NCBI GenBank assembly: GCA_963777315.1
Contig: CAVZQC010000002.1
Location: 416,001-480,000 of the forward strand
From: Vulcanimicrobiota bacterium
GTDB taxonomy: Bacteria > Vulcanimicrobiota > Vulcanimicrobiia > Vulcanimicrobiales > Vulcanimicrobiaceae
DNA: 64,000 bases
Direction of reading: 5' to 3'
Shown: positions 32,562 through 42,290 of the stretch, piece by piece
Numbering within the stretch: position 1 is the stretch's first letter
Layout of the letters: every line of letters begins with the position of its first letter
Notes under the pieces: model-generated
Database searches by the model: none
What the model saw: only the letters and a program-made list of their open reading frames with translations
What the model was told of the DNA's origin: nothing
Translations under genes and position numbers: made by a program

Positions 32562-32962
32562 CTTGGGTGTTCGTCGCGCTGGCGGTCGTATTCGCGGTCG
32601 GAATCGCTCTTGGCATCTACGCCTGGCGCGCGCCGCGCGCGCACGATCCGGCTCCTGCGCCGGCGCCGCAAGTCGAGCCCTGGAGCGCAACGACCGACTG
32701 GACTGCGCAAGCGGGCGCGGAATTTGCCGGTCTGTCCGAGTCGGCCCGCTGCGATCTGATCTTTGCGGTGAGCGATCTGCAGGACGATCGTTCGCACCAG
32801 CTGTTGTCGCATGCGCTGGACGATCCGTCCGATGCCGTGGCGCTGGCGGCGGCACATGCTCTGGCGCGGCGCGGTTCGGCAGCCGCCGTGAGTGAATACG
32901 CGCAGCGACGTCCCGGCGAGCGCTCCGAACGCATCGTGCAGACGCTCGCGCTGCTCGAATAG
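32558..32962 (+). CDS. Small protein B: N-terminal TM plus HEAT-like helices
   Basis: ATGA overlap; WVFVALAVVFAVGIALGIYAW; LSHALDDPSDAVALAAAHAL. Confidence 0.8.
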   Translation: MTWVFVALAVVFAVGIALGIYAWRAPRAHDPAPAPAPQVEPWSATTDWTAQAGAEFAGLSESARCDLIFAVSDLQDDRSHQLLSHALDDPSDAVALAAAHALARRGSAAAVSEYAQRRPGERSERIVQTLALLE

Positions 32963-32963
32963 C

Positions 32964-35900
32964 ATGGCAGCTCAGGATCGCTCCTCGACCGGTGCGCTGA
33001 CGGGCGTATTCGCTCCGGGCTCCCAGCCGCTGCCGGAAACGCTGCGCACGCTAGTTCTTGCGCCGCGCCGTACCGTTTCGCCGGGCGAGGTGATTCGCGC
33101 GGAGTTCGCGTTTTCCAATTTAGGGGGCGCCGCCGCTACGGGCGTACGCGTGCGGTTCGCCAATCCGTCCGGCGCAGCGTACGTCGAAGGAAGCGACACG
33201 GTCGACGAAGCTCCGCTGGCCGACGAGGTACTGGTGGCGAACACCGGTGCGTCGCTGGGCGATCTGCCGCCCGGCGCACAGCGCCGCGTCGCATGCAGTT
33301 TCCGAGTCGGCGAACGTATCGAGGACGGCTCCGAATTGCTGTTTCAAGCCGCGCTCGTTACCGATCAGACCGCCGTGGTGGCCTCGAACGTCGAGCGGCT
33401 TTCCGTTCGCAGCGAACCCCAGCTGCAGAATACTTCGACGCTGGTGACGATTGCGTCCAAAGATCGGCCCAAGCCCGACGACGTCATTCTCGTTCGCGCA
33501 ACGATTGCTAATACGGGCTCGTCGAGCGCGCACGACGTTCTCGCGCTGCTGCCCGTGCCGCAGCATACGCGCTACGTTGCGCGCAGTGCGCGCGTTGCAG
33601 GGCGCGCGCTGATCGATTCCGGCGACGAGCCCTTCGACTATGCCTCCGAGCACGTCGTCGCCGCGCGCTTAGCGCCGGGGCAATCGGTGCACTTGGAGTA
33701 CCAGGCGCGGATCGATTCACCGCTTGCGGACGGTACGCGCATCAAAGTCAGCGGAGCGGTTTCCGCGCGCGAAGTCGGCGAGTTCGACGTACAGTCCGCC
33801 GAAATCGTCGTTTCTTCACCGGCGGACTTTGCCAACGACGAGACTGCGCTCACGATATTTTGCGACGACGTCGTTTCTCCCGGAACGCGAGTGCCGATCT
33901 CCGTGCGCGCGGTGAACGCGGGCACGGGCGATGCGCAAAACGTGTCGATTGGAATCGAACTGCCGGCCGGCATAGCATATACTCCCGGCTCGGCGCACTT
34001 GGACGGACAGCCCGTCAGCGACGAAACATTCGCGGGCGGTACGTTTTCGCTGGGCGCGGTGCCGGCAGGGCGCGCGGTCGACGTCGGTATCTCCGGCATC
34101 GTGGTACTCCAGCACAGCCAGGAACAGCCCATTACGGCGACGCTGCGCTGGAAGGGCCCGGCGGGGGAAACCGGACGCGCCGAGCGCCGCTTTGCGCGCA
34201 CGTTGCGCGTTCGAGTTAGTTCGCGCTTTACCCGTGCGCGTAACTATTTGGAAGTCGATCGCAGCGGCGTTGCCTCGCGTGAAGACGTAACGTTCAGCGC
34301 GCGCGTCTTCAACGATGGAACCGCACCCGAGACCGACGTGCGCATGCGCGTGATCCCCAGCGCGTTTTTGGAGAATATTCGCATAGCCGAATCGGTGGAA
34401 GAGCCGGCGCCGTACGTCGAACCGTTCGTGCTGGGCGTACTGCAGCCGCAAGCGCAGCGAACGTTCACCATTCAAGCGCGCGTCGCCTCGCCCGTTCCCG
34501 ACCGCACGCAGGTTGCGCTCGGGGCAGTGCTCGAGTTTGCGTCCGGCACGTTCGATTTGGGCGTCGCCAACGTGATCGTGCGATCGCGTCCTCACGTCGT
34601 TGCCGGCGCGTGTACGTGGCTGTGCGAGCAGCCCGAACCTCTGCGCCCGGGGCAAACGCACGAGCTGACGATCCGCTTCACCAACGACGGTTCTGACATG
34701 CTGCGGGACGCGCGGCTGGATTTGCTGATGCCGCCCGAATTGGTTCTCGAACGCGCGCAGAACGCGCGCCGCGACGGATCCGCGCTGCTTTTCGGCGACA
34801 TCGCTGCGGAAACGACGCACGAGGCGCGCGTCGGTTTGCGCTTAGCCAGGCCACCGAAACGCGAGCGAAGCCTTACGATCGAAGGAACGCTGTCGGGACG
34901 CGGGATCAGCCCGGTGCAGTTCGATCCGCTCGAAATCGCCACGTTTGCCGAGCCGGAATTCGGACGGGACGCTCAACTGCGGTCCAGTCCCATCGAGAGC
35001 ATCAATGCGGGCGAACGCATCGCGTACGAGGTGCAGATGCGCAACAGCGGCGACGGTCCGGCCGACAGCCTCATCATACGCGCGGTGCCCTCGAATCTGG
35101 CCGTGTACGTTCCGGGCACGACGCAGCTCAACGGCGTGACGATACCCGACGATTTGGGCACGTCGCAGCTGTGGTCGCAGCGCGGTCTGGCGCTCACCGA
35201 CGTGAATCCCGACGTCGAGCTGCGAGTGCGATGGGAGATGCTCGTCATCTCTCCGATTGCCGCCGGAACGCCGATCGATACGCGCGTCGTCCTCGAGTGG
35301 GACGGCAACCATTCGGCGGCGCTGACGGCGCCGACGCTGCACGTATTCTCCGCACCGTCGCTCGCGGCCGGAACCACCGGCACGCCCATTTCCGTCGCGC
35401 AGCTGCTGCCGGTTCTTGAAACGCCCGCGCGCGAATCTATCGTCGCGCCGGTAGCTCCACCGGCCGCACAGCGCGTGCATGAGCCTCCCATTATCGCAGA
35501 GCCCGAGCTCGCAGAGCCCGAGCTCAGAGAACCCGAGCTCAGAGAACCCGAGCCCGCGGAACCCGAGCTCGCAGAGCCCGAACTCGCAGAGCCCGAGCTC
35601 GCTCACGAGTCACCGGTTGTCGCACAGCCCGAGAAAGAAGAGCCGGAACCCGAGCTCGCGCAAGAGCCGCTGGTCGCCGAAGAACCCGAACGAGAAGAAC
35701 CCGAGCTCGCGCAAGAGCCGCCGGTTGTCGAAGAACCCGAGCGAGAAGAGGCCGAGCTGGCGCAAGCGCCGCGCGTTGTCGAAGAACCCGAGATCGCAGA
35801 GCCGGAAATCGCTGGAGAAGAGCAAGTTTTCGAAGGGCCGGAAATCGTGCAGATGCCGCCGGTTTTCGATGAGCCGCTCATTGCACAGCCCCCTGCGGTT

Positions 35901-36644
35901 GCAACGGCGATGGCGCCGGTCCCGTCAGAACCGCCGGCCACGCCGGAAGCGGGCCAAGACGCCGCGCATGCGACGCTGTATTACGATTATTCTCCCGACC
36001 AACTCGCTCGAACGATCCGTACGCTGGAGCGAACCGACGCCGGCGGCCTCATTGCGCATATCTTCGCCGCGCGCGCGCTCTTGCCCAACGCGCTGGCGGG
36101 AGCCGATCCCAAAACTGCGCAGACGATGGAGAATGCGGCGATCGCGCTGCGAGCTCCGCTGGATCGCTTTTTCGTGCGGCTGCGCATGCCGCGTCTTGCC
36201 GTTACGGCCAAAGATTTGGAAGACCGCGAGAGCCGCTCGGCATTGCGCGCATTGGTCGACGCTGCGATCGGGGCGCAGCCTTTTGCCGCGGAGCAGCGCG
36301 GTTCCGGCGTCGTACGGTTATTGGGCGCGCTCGATCCGAACGTGCTGCGCGAGCGCATGCCGGAACTTGAATCGGCGCCGTTGGGGTCGGTCTTACCATG
36401 GAGCATCAACGCACAGCTGCTCGGCACGCGAATCGAGTACGACGGTTCCGCGGACGAGCCGGGCAGCAGCGAAGTATTGGGCATGTACCGCAACGAGCTC
36501 ATCGACGTCTTCAACGTGCTTGAAACCCTTCCGCTGCCGGAGTTTCATCGCGTCCTGAGCTCGAGCGTCAATCGAACGCTCGACGATGCACTAGGCGCGG
36601 TGCTCGATGCGTTGCGCACGGCCGCTCACGTTGTCGCCGGTTAG
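32964..36644 (+). CDS. Large DUF11-like repeat protein A' (paralogue of A, with E/P-rich linker)
   Basis: Collinear with A (LRTLV..P, ATGVRVRF, SAHD, RNSGDGPA, LDR.F..LR.P). Confidence 0.85.
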   Translation: MAAQDRSSTGALTGVFAPGSQPLPETLRTLVLAPRRTVSPGEVIRAEFAFSNLGGAAATGVRVRFANPSGAAYVEGSDTVDEAPLADEVLVANTGASLGDLPPGAQRRVACSFRVGERIEDGSELLFQAALVTDQTAVVASNVERLSVRSEPQLQNTSTLVTIASKDRPKPDDVILVRATIANTGSSSAHDVLALLPVPQHTRYVARSARVAGRALIDSGDEPFDYASEHVVAARLAPGQSVHLEYQARIDSPLADGTRIKVSGAVSAREVGEFDVQSAEIVVSSPADFANDETALTIFCDDVVSPGTRVPISVRAVNAGTGDAQNVSIGIELPAGIAYTPGSAHLDGQPVSDETFAGGTFSLGAVPAGRAVDVGISGIVVLQHSQEQPITATLRWKGPAGETGRAERRFARTLRVRVSSRFTRARNYLEVDRSGVASREDVTFSARVFNDGTAPETDVRMRVIPSAFLENIRIAESVEEPAPYVEPFVLGVLQPQAQRTFTIQARVASPVPDRTQVALGAVLEFASGTFDLGVANVIVRSRPHVVAGACTWLCEQPEPLRPGQTHELTIRFTNDGSDMLRDARLDLLMPPELVLERAQNARRDGSALLFGDIAAETTHEARVGLRLARPPKRERSLTIEGTLSGRGISPVQFDPLEIATFAEPEFGRDAQLRSSPIESINAGERIAYEVQMRNSGDGPADSLIIRAVPSNLAVYVPGTTQLNGVTIPDDLGTSQLWSQRGLALTDVNPDVELRVRWEMLVISPIAAGTPIDTRVVLEWDGNHSAALTAPTLHVFSAPSLAAGTTGTPISVAQLLPVLETPARESIVAPVAPPAAQRVHEPPIIAEPELAEPELREPELREPEPAEPELAEPELAEPELAHESPVVAQPEKEEPEPELAQEPLVAEEPEREEPELAQEPPVVEEPEREEAELAQAPRVVEEPEIAEPEIAGEEQVFEGPEIVQMPPVFDEPLIAQPPAVATAMAPVPSEPPATPEAGQDAAHATLYYDYSPDQLARTIRTLERTDAGGLIAHIFAARALLPNALAGADPKTAQTMENAAIALRAPLDRFFVRLRMPRLAVTAKDLEDRESRSALRALVDAAIGAQPFAAEQRGSGVVRLLGALDPNVLRERMPELESAPLGSVLPWSINAQLLGTRIEYDGSADEPGSSEVLGMYRNELIDVFNVLETLPLPEFHRVLSSSVNRTLDDALGAVLDALRTAAHVVAG
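35496..35600 (+). repeat. 7 x 15-bp coding tandem repeat (AEPEL-type)
   Basis: gcagagcccgagctc and variants. Confidence 0.9.
35646..35792 (+). repeat. About 3 x 51-bp coding tandem repeat (EPELAQEPxVxEEPERE)
   Basis: Units start at 35646, 35697 and 35748. Confidence 0.85.
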
Positions 36645-36933
36645 TTGGGACGTCGCCATCGGTCTGGCCTTCGTGGTCGGATTACTGCTGCTGGGAATCA
36701 GTGCCTCGATGCTGCGAACAATCCGCTCGAGCGATCATGCCGGAAACGGTGCTCAGTGGCCGCAACTCGTCGATGAAGAACTCACCGGGGCCGGCAAATC
36801 GCTGCGGTTGGACATCGTCGAACGCTTGAGCTTAGTGGACAATGGCTGGAGCCGCGGAATTTTGGAGCGTGCGCGTACGCAGGAACGGGATCCCGACGTG
36901 CGCGCCGTGATCGACAAGGCGCTTTCGACTTAA
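36631..36933 (+). CDS. Small protein B' (TM plus HEAT-like), paralogue of B; start uncertain
   Basis: VAIGLAFVVGLLLLGI TM; shares W....E..G.....R.D pattern with B. Confidence 0.7.
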   Translation: MSPVSWDVAIGLAFVVGLLLLGISASMLRTIRSSDHAGNGAQWPQLVDEELTGAGKSLRLDIVERLSLVDNGWSRGILERARTQERDPDVRAVIDKALST

Positions 36934-37754
36934 CGAAACAGCGCGTTGAGTTCGGAATGCGAGATGCGATCCGCGATACGTTCGAACGTTCCGTCTTTGT
37001 GTATTCCGCGCGCAAAATTGCGAAAAGCTGCCAGCGCGACTCCAATCGTCGCTGAACCCAGGCTCACGCGTGCGACGCCGAGTTTGCGCAGTCGCGAGAG
37101 CGGCGGCGTCGCGGCTCCCGCTAGGACGTTGAGCGGACCCTCGATGCGCTCGGCCAGCGCAGCGATCGTTTTTTCATCGGTTACGCCCGGTACGAACGCG
37201 CAGGCGGCACCGGCTTGCAAAAAGGCGTTCGCGCGCGCAATCGCTTCTTCCAACCGCCATTCATCGTTATCGCCCGCTTCGGCGAGAAAAACGTCCGTGC
37301 GCGCGTTGACGACCAGCGGTACGCCCATCTCATCGCCGGCGGCAACGATGGCCGCGATGCGGCGGCATTGCAGCTCCCGATCGATCAGCGGCAGTCGTTC
37401 GCGCGAGGCATCCTCGAAATTCAATCCCACGGCGCCCGCATGGACGGCGCCGCGCGCCGTGAGCGCCGCGGCCTCCACGCTGCTGCCGTAGCCGGATTCC
37501 AGATCGGCCGATACCGGAACGTCCACGGCGGCCGCGATGCTGCGCACGCCTTCGAGCATTTTTTCTCGCGGGATGTGCTCGCCGTCGGCAAACCCTGCGG
37601 AAAACGCCACGCCGGCGCTCGTGGTCGCTACGGCGGAAAAGCCCAGTTCCTCGACGATCCGCGCGCTGACGGCGTCCCACGCGTTGACCAAAACGAGCGG
37701 CTCGCCGGGCTTGTGCATTGCGCGCAGTTCCCGAGCTTTCTCCGCTTGCTTCAT
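36930..37754 (-). CDS. Isocitrate lyase/PEP mutase family protein
   Basis: NAWDAVSAR, ATTSAGVA, ADLESGYG, GLNFED, NARTD; SD GGAGG. Confidence 0.9.
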   Translation of the reverse strand: MKQAEKARELRAMHKPGEPLVLVNAWDAVSARIVEELGFSAVATTSAGVAFSAGFADGEHIPREKMLEGVRSIAAAVDVPVSADLESGYGSSVEAAALTARGAVHAGAVGLNFEDASRERLPLIDRELQCRRIAAIVAAGDEMGVPLVVNARTDVFLAEAGDNDEWRLEEAIARANAFLQAGAACAFVPGVTDEKTIAALAERIEGPLNVLAGAATPPLSRLRKLGVARVSLGSATIGVALAAFRNFARGIHKDGTFERIADRISHSELNALFR

Positions 37755-38037
37755 GCGCAGATGTCCTCCATTCTAACAAGAGCCGTTTCGCGACGGCTGC
37801 TCTTCGCTCCGTCTGTGCCGTTCGTGCATGAGATTCGCAACCTCGTCGGAATACAACGAAGTCTATAGCGCAGCATTGGTCTGGCCAATTTGGAAAGTAT
37901 AATGTGACGACTCGTGTTGTCGCGCCTTCAGGTGGGGGCCTATCCCAAGGGCGATCCATAAGGAGTCGAGCTGCCGACGAAACTGCAACGTCTCGGAACG
38001 TCTCGGTGTCATTCAAGAACGCGGTCGATTCAGAGCG

Positions 38038-38465
38038 CTAAGAACGTGGGAGCACCTGCACGAAATAATGAACGATACGGCACGATACGCATCGTTCTTT
38101 GAACTTCGGTAGTTTGAGTTCAATGCTCGCGCTCGCCCTACCCATTCTCCGAGCAACAAACGCCTCTGCGTGATCCCCGTCGGCATTCATTCCTTCGATG
38201 CGACAAAAGGGCATCTTGGCATTGGCGGAACAATTGAGGTCACGCCGAAGATCTCGGCGATCAATTTGACGAATACCGATTCTGTGAAGTGCATCACCTG
38301 ACTCGCTAACGGCTGCGCCGGCGTCGTACAGTGGCAGCAGTACGATATCGCCGATCCTTAGAGTGGTCGTCTGTTCGGGTAGCGCTACAACGGTTGACGC
38401 TATCGCGACTTGTCTGCTTACAGAAAGGAGCAGAACACACGCCGTCGCTGCGGTTAACGTTTCAT
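38038..38465 (-). pseudogene. Hypothetical secreted protein, probable single-base deletion just after start
   Basis: GGAG SD plus ATG AAA CGT TAA; adding one base gives MK(R/T)LTAATACVLLL...AIA, a signal peptide in frame with the 38038 ORF. Confidence 0.45.
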
Positions 38466-39081
38466 TAAGAACTCCAATCGGGCCCGAACCCCACATAGTT
38501 TTCTCCACCTCGTCCTCCGAACTTCAAACGACCCGAACGCCGCGGGTATTCATCTGCGGATCCGGCCAAAGGAGCTTGGATTAGGCGACCGTGAGTCTGA
38601 GCGGCTTGGGTGCTTGTGAAGTATATCCGGGTGTAGGCGCATGCAAACGTTACCTGTGCAAACTCCTCAGGCGACGCCGAATCTAGTTTGTTCCACCCTC
38701 TTGCATTTAACGGAATATGAGGGCGCACTGCAGCCCGATGATCTATTTCGGATTGACGTCCGGCTTTGTAGAGGCGAGGGGCTCTGGACCGCCACTTCGT
38801 AAAGTGGCCACCGCTAGCTCGGCGTTTGGGCGCCGTACCGCTCGCGCAGTTTGGATGAATTGAGACACATCCTATACCGAGGAAGTTCGGACCAATGTAG
38901 AAAGCGGCCTCAGGGCGACGGCAAGAGACGCGCGGCGCCCTGTAGAGGAGCGTCTAAGAGCTGGGACCCGCAGTTCGACAGCGCGCTAAGCGGTGACTCC
39001 GATCCACCGAAGGCGCAGCAACCCTCAGAAGGAGCGTATGTTGGAACGATGTACTCGACCGTTCTATTTGAAAGAGCCGTA

Positions 39082-39477
39082 ATGCGCGATAAGAGTCTTG
39101 TTTCATCGATTATTGCTTTTAGAGCGCTAAATTTTCTGGTTGAGCGTTTTGCGCTAAAGCTCAGCAGCGAAAGTTTAACCGTCCTTGCAGGTGAAATGGA
39201 GCCGGCGGCTGGCCATCCCGCCGGCGATCCCGCTCTATGGGAAACCTGGAAAGATCTTTGGGGCACGCAATCATTACGAAGTGAAGAAGAAGCATCAAAA
39301 GTTGCTGCTGGCTTCATGCTTCGCGAAGGAGACTGGGGAAGCGACGACGCGCATCTCATTATAGCGCAAAAGCTCAAAGAATGCGAAAACGATTGCGATG
39401 TGCGGGACGAGTGGGGCTACGCGTTAGACAAATCAAGGAATCTAGCGGATGCGCGAGTTTGGAATCCAACCGAGTGA
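39082..39477 (+). CDS. Orphan immunity-like hypothetical protein
   Basis: TAATG start; small acidic Trp-rich helical protein with AF.AL..L.E...GDPALWETW; AT-richer codons. Confidence 0.5.
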   Translation: MRDKSLVSSIIAFRALNFLVERFALKLSSESLTVLAGEMEPAAGHPAGDPALWETWKDLWGTQSLRSEEEASKVAAGFMLREGDWGSDDAHLIIAQKLKECENDCDVRDEWGYALDKSRNLADARVWNPTE

Positions 39478-39518
39478 ATTTGATCCCGATTCCGTGGATG
39501 CTTCCCGCTTGGTCGGAG

Positions 39519-39829
39519 TGAAGCTCGCCCGCTTTCGTGGACATTTCCGTTTCGGCGGAAAAGGGTGCTGAGCCTTACCCGTTTCGTAGATCGAGAACGA
39601 TCCGTGGAAAAACCGGCTTGTGAGCTATTTCGATGTATATCTGCTGAAGTTGCCCGGCTTCCGTGGATAGCTTGGATTGGAAAGTTCTGCCGCGGTTTCC
39701 CGCTCAAAGACCGCCGGCGGTATCGCATCTTAGCCGGAACTCTAGGAGGTAGGCTCGACGATGTTTCTTGGCCATTGGTGGCCCCTTCTCCGAAAGTTGA
39801 AAGTGTCCACGCGATCCAAGTCAGCTTCA
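39519..39829 (-). mobile_element. Internally deleted IS3-family element (MITE-like)
   Basis: Imperfect terminal IRs TGAAGCT...CGTGGACA at both ends; SD plus ATG at 39775 encoding MAKKHRRAYLLEFR (OrfA-like N-terminus), then degenerate. Confidence 0.65.
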
Positions 39830-39881
39830 GACCGCGAAAAATCGGTCGTTGATTTCGAATCTCAAGCGTATAGGAACGACC

Positions 39882-41750
39882 TCAGGATCCGGATGCCTTC
39901 TTGTTGAAATACTCGACCATAATCTCGCGCGCGATCGGCGCAGCCACCTGCGCGCCGTAACCGCCGGAGCGATCGACGAACACCGCCATCGCGATCTTGG
40001 CATGCTTTGCCGGCGCGTACGCGACGAACCAGGTAGTATTCGGCCCGGAACCGCCCGCCGTTTCGGCCGTGCCCGTTTTGCCGCCGAACGGCAAACCATC
40101 TATCGCAAGCCCATACGCTGTTCCCCACGGCTGCGTTACCTGATCCATGCCCGCGCGCACCGCTTTGAGCGCTTCTTGCGTCACCGCGACGTGCCGGATG
40201 ATTTGCGCACCGAACGTCTTGACGATGCGGCCGTTGCGATCCCGGATCTGTCCGACGATTTGTGGCTTGTAGAGCGTACCGCCGTTGACTACAGCCGATT
40301 CCACGTTGGCCATCTGCAGCGGCGTGGCTTGCAGCGCTCCCTGGCCAATCGCTAAACTGCACACGTCCGACGGTTCCAACGGAAGGCCCGCGACTTTGAG
40401 CATCCACGCGTTCGTCGGGTAATTGCCGGCGAATTCACCCGGAAGGTCGATGCCGGTCTTTTGCCCGATGCCGAACGAACGCGCGTATTTGCGCAGCCGC
40501 TCGTTCCCGAGGCGATATCCCATTTGATAGAAGTATCCGTCCGACGAAGCGGCCAGCGCGTGGACGAACTGGGTGGTGCCCAAGCCGCCCGAGGCGATGT
40601 CTTCGAATTCCGCGCCGTAGCAATTCCACGCGCCGCTGTCGTACACGTTCTCGTTCACCTTGACCACGCCCGAACTGATGGCGGCGGATCCCGTGACCAT
40701 TTTGAACGTCGAACCCGTCGGCGTAGCCGCTTCGATCGCTCGGTTGAACAGCGGCTGCGACGGATCGAGCAGGTAATGCGCTACCTTCTTGTTGTCGTCG
40801 GATGCAAAGGCGTTGGGATCGAATCCCGGATAGCTGGCCAGGGCGAGCACTTTGCCAGACCACGGATCCAAAATGGCGACCGCCCCGCTCACTTGGCGTT
40901 TTCCGCCGGTCCAGCTGTGAATGCCGTTTGCCAGCGCGCGTTCCGTAATCGCCTGCAGGCGCCAATCCAAATTGAGGATCAAGCTGTCGCCCGCGGCCGG
41001 TTGTTTGGACGGCAGCTTGATGCCGGGAACGACTTGGTTTTGCGAATCGACGACGATGCGCTGGCCGCCCGGATCGCCGCGCAGATACCGATCGTATTGA
41101 TATTCGATGCCGTCCTTGCCGATCACGTCGTTCATCGAATAGCCCTGACTGCGCCGCTTTTTGTATTCGTCCGGCGTGATTTGACCCACGTAACCGAAGA
41201 CGGCTGAGCCCAGCGAACCGTGCGGATAATCGCGCACGGCCTGCACCTCTAAGTCGACGCCGGGCAAATCGTTGAGTATTTCCGACAGCCGGCTCACCTT
41301 CGCAACGGGAATGTCCGTAGCCAAAATCACCGGGCCGTACGGCTCGTATGCGGCGACTTGCTCGAACGACGTATAGTTTACGCCGTGATGGTGCAGCAGC
41401 TGATCGCGCAGCTTGCGTGCGGGCACGCCGATCGTTCCGGCAACGGTGTCGAGCTCGGCGCGAATGTCTCTGACCTCGGAGGGAATAAGCGCGACGACGA
41501 ACGACGGACGGCTGCGAACCACCACGTTGCCGTTGCGATCGTAGATTAACCCGCGGGGCGCAGCGACGGGAATCAGCCGCACTTGATTGGCTTGCGCGGC
41601 GGCGCGATACTCTTGACCGTGGACGAGCTGCACTTGGACCAGTCTTGCGACCAGCGCGATCAGCGCCAGGACGAACGCCACGACGAAAACCGCGATCCGC
41701 GGCGTTGAATACTGCCACGGCACGGGCCGGCTTTGCCGGCCGGTCTTCAT
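39882..41750 (-). CDS. mrdA: Penicillin-binding protein 2
   Basis: APRGLIYDRNG, GKDGIE, STFK, SSD, KTG; follows mreCD. Confidence 0.95.
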   Translation of the reverse strand: MKTGRQSRPVPWQYSTPRIAVFVVAFVLALIALVARLVQVQLVHGQEYRAAAQANQVRLIPVAAPRGLIYDRNGNVVVRSRPSFVVALIPSEVRDIRAELDTVAGTIGVPARKLRDQLLHHHGVNYTSFEQVAAYEPYGPVILATDIPVAKVSRLSEILNDLPGVDLEVQAVRDYPHGSLGSAVFGYVGQITPDEYKKRRSQGYSMNDVIGKDGIEYQYDRYLRGDPGGQRIVVDSQNQVVPGIKLPSKQPAAGDSLILNLDWRLQAITERALANGIHSWTGGKRQVSGAVAILDPWSGKVLALASYPGFDPNAFASDDNKKVAHYLLDPSQPLFNRAIEAATPTGSTFKMVTGSAAISSGVVKVNENVYDSGAWNCYGAEFEDIASGGLGTTQFVHALAASSDGYFYQMGYRLGNERLRKYARSFGIGQKTGIDLPGEFAGNYPTNAWMLKVAGLPLEPSDVCSLAIGQGALQATPLQMANVESAVVNGGTLYKPQIVGQIRDRNGRIVKTFGAQIIRHVAVTQEALKAVRAGMDQVTQPWGTAYGLAIDGLPFGGKTGTAETAGGSGPNTTWFVAYAPAKHAKIAMAVFVDRSGGYGAQVAAPIAREIMVEYFNKKASGS

Positions 41751-42277
41751 GCCGGAACGCGCGCTTGGAACCGGCGCGCGACCGCCATCGCGGCGCACAC
41801 GAGCAACGCGTTCAACAACGCCGTCCACAGCGCTTGATGAAAGTGCAGACGCGCGTAACCCGCCGGGTAGCCTTGGAGCGCCATGACGATCCAAAAGACC
41901 AAGCGCCGCAGCAGCGTTGCCGCAAAAACCACTCCCGCGGCCACCGGGATGGAGTCGGCGAAAAACCAGCGCGAGAGCGTGCTTGCGAATGCAGCGGCGA
42001 GCATCGTGGAAATCGTCCAGGCTGCGCCGGTTGCGCCGAGCGCGTCTTCGCACAGTCCCGCGATGAGACCGAAGATCGCCGCGCTGCGCAGCTCCGCGCG
42101 CGATGCATACCATACCACCACGACCAGCACGATGCTGGGCCGCGCATCCCGAAAGCTGAAATAGTGCAGCGCTTCTATCTGCACGAGCAGCCCGATCGCC
42201 AACAGCGCGCCGGCCATCCACCACGCGGGTCCGGAAAACGGCGCTTGCGCAGGGCCGGTGCGCGTGTTCACGCGCAC
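41747..42277 (-). CDS. mreD: Rod shape-determining protein MreD (start approximate)
   Basis: RPSIVL, FGLIAGLCEDAL; hydrophobic; between mreC and mrdA. Confidence 0.85.
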   Translation of the reverse strand: MRVNTRTGPAQAPFSGPAWWMAGALLAIGLLVQIEALHYFSFRDARPSIVLVVVVWYASRAELRSAAIFGLIAGLCEDALGATGAAWTISTMLAAAFASTLSRWFFADSIPVAAGVVFAATLLRRLVFWIVMALQGYPAGYARLHFHQALWTALLNALLVCAAMAVARRFQARVPA

Positions 42278-42290
42278 GCCGGTCGGTTCG

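Noticed and set aside
35496..35792. Repeat array as possible CRISPR
   Set aside because: In-frame tandem coding repeats with no spacers; no cas genes
37987..38006. 10-bp tandem repeat aacgtctcgg x2
   Set aside because: Two copies only; no supporting context
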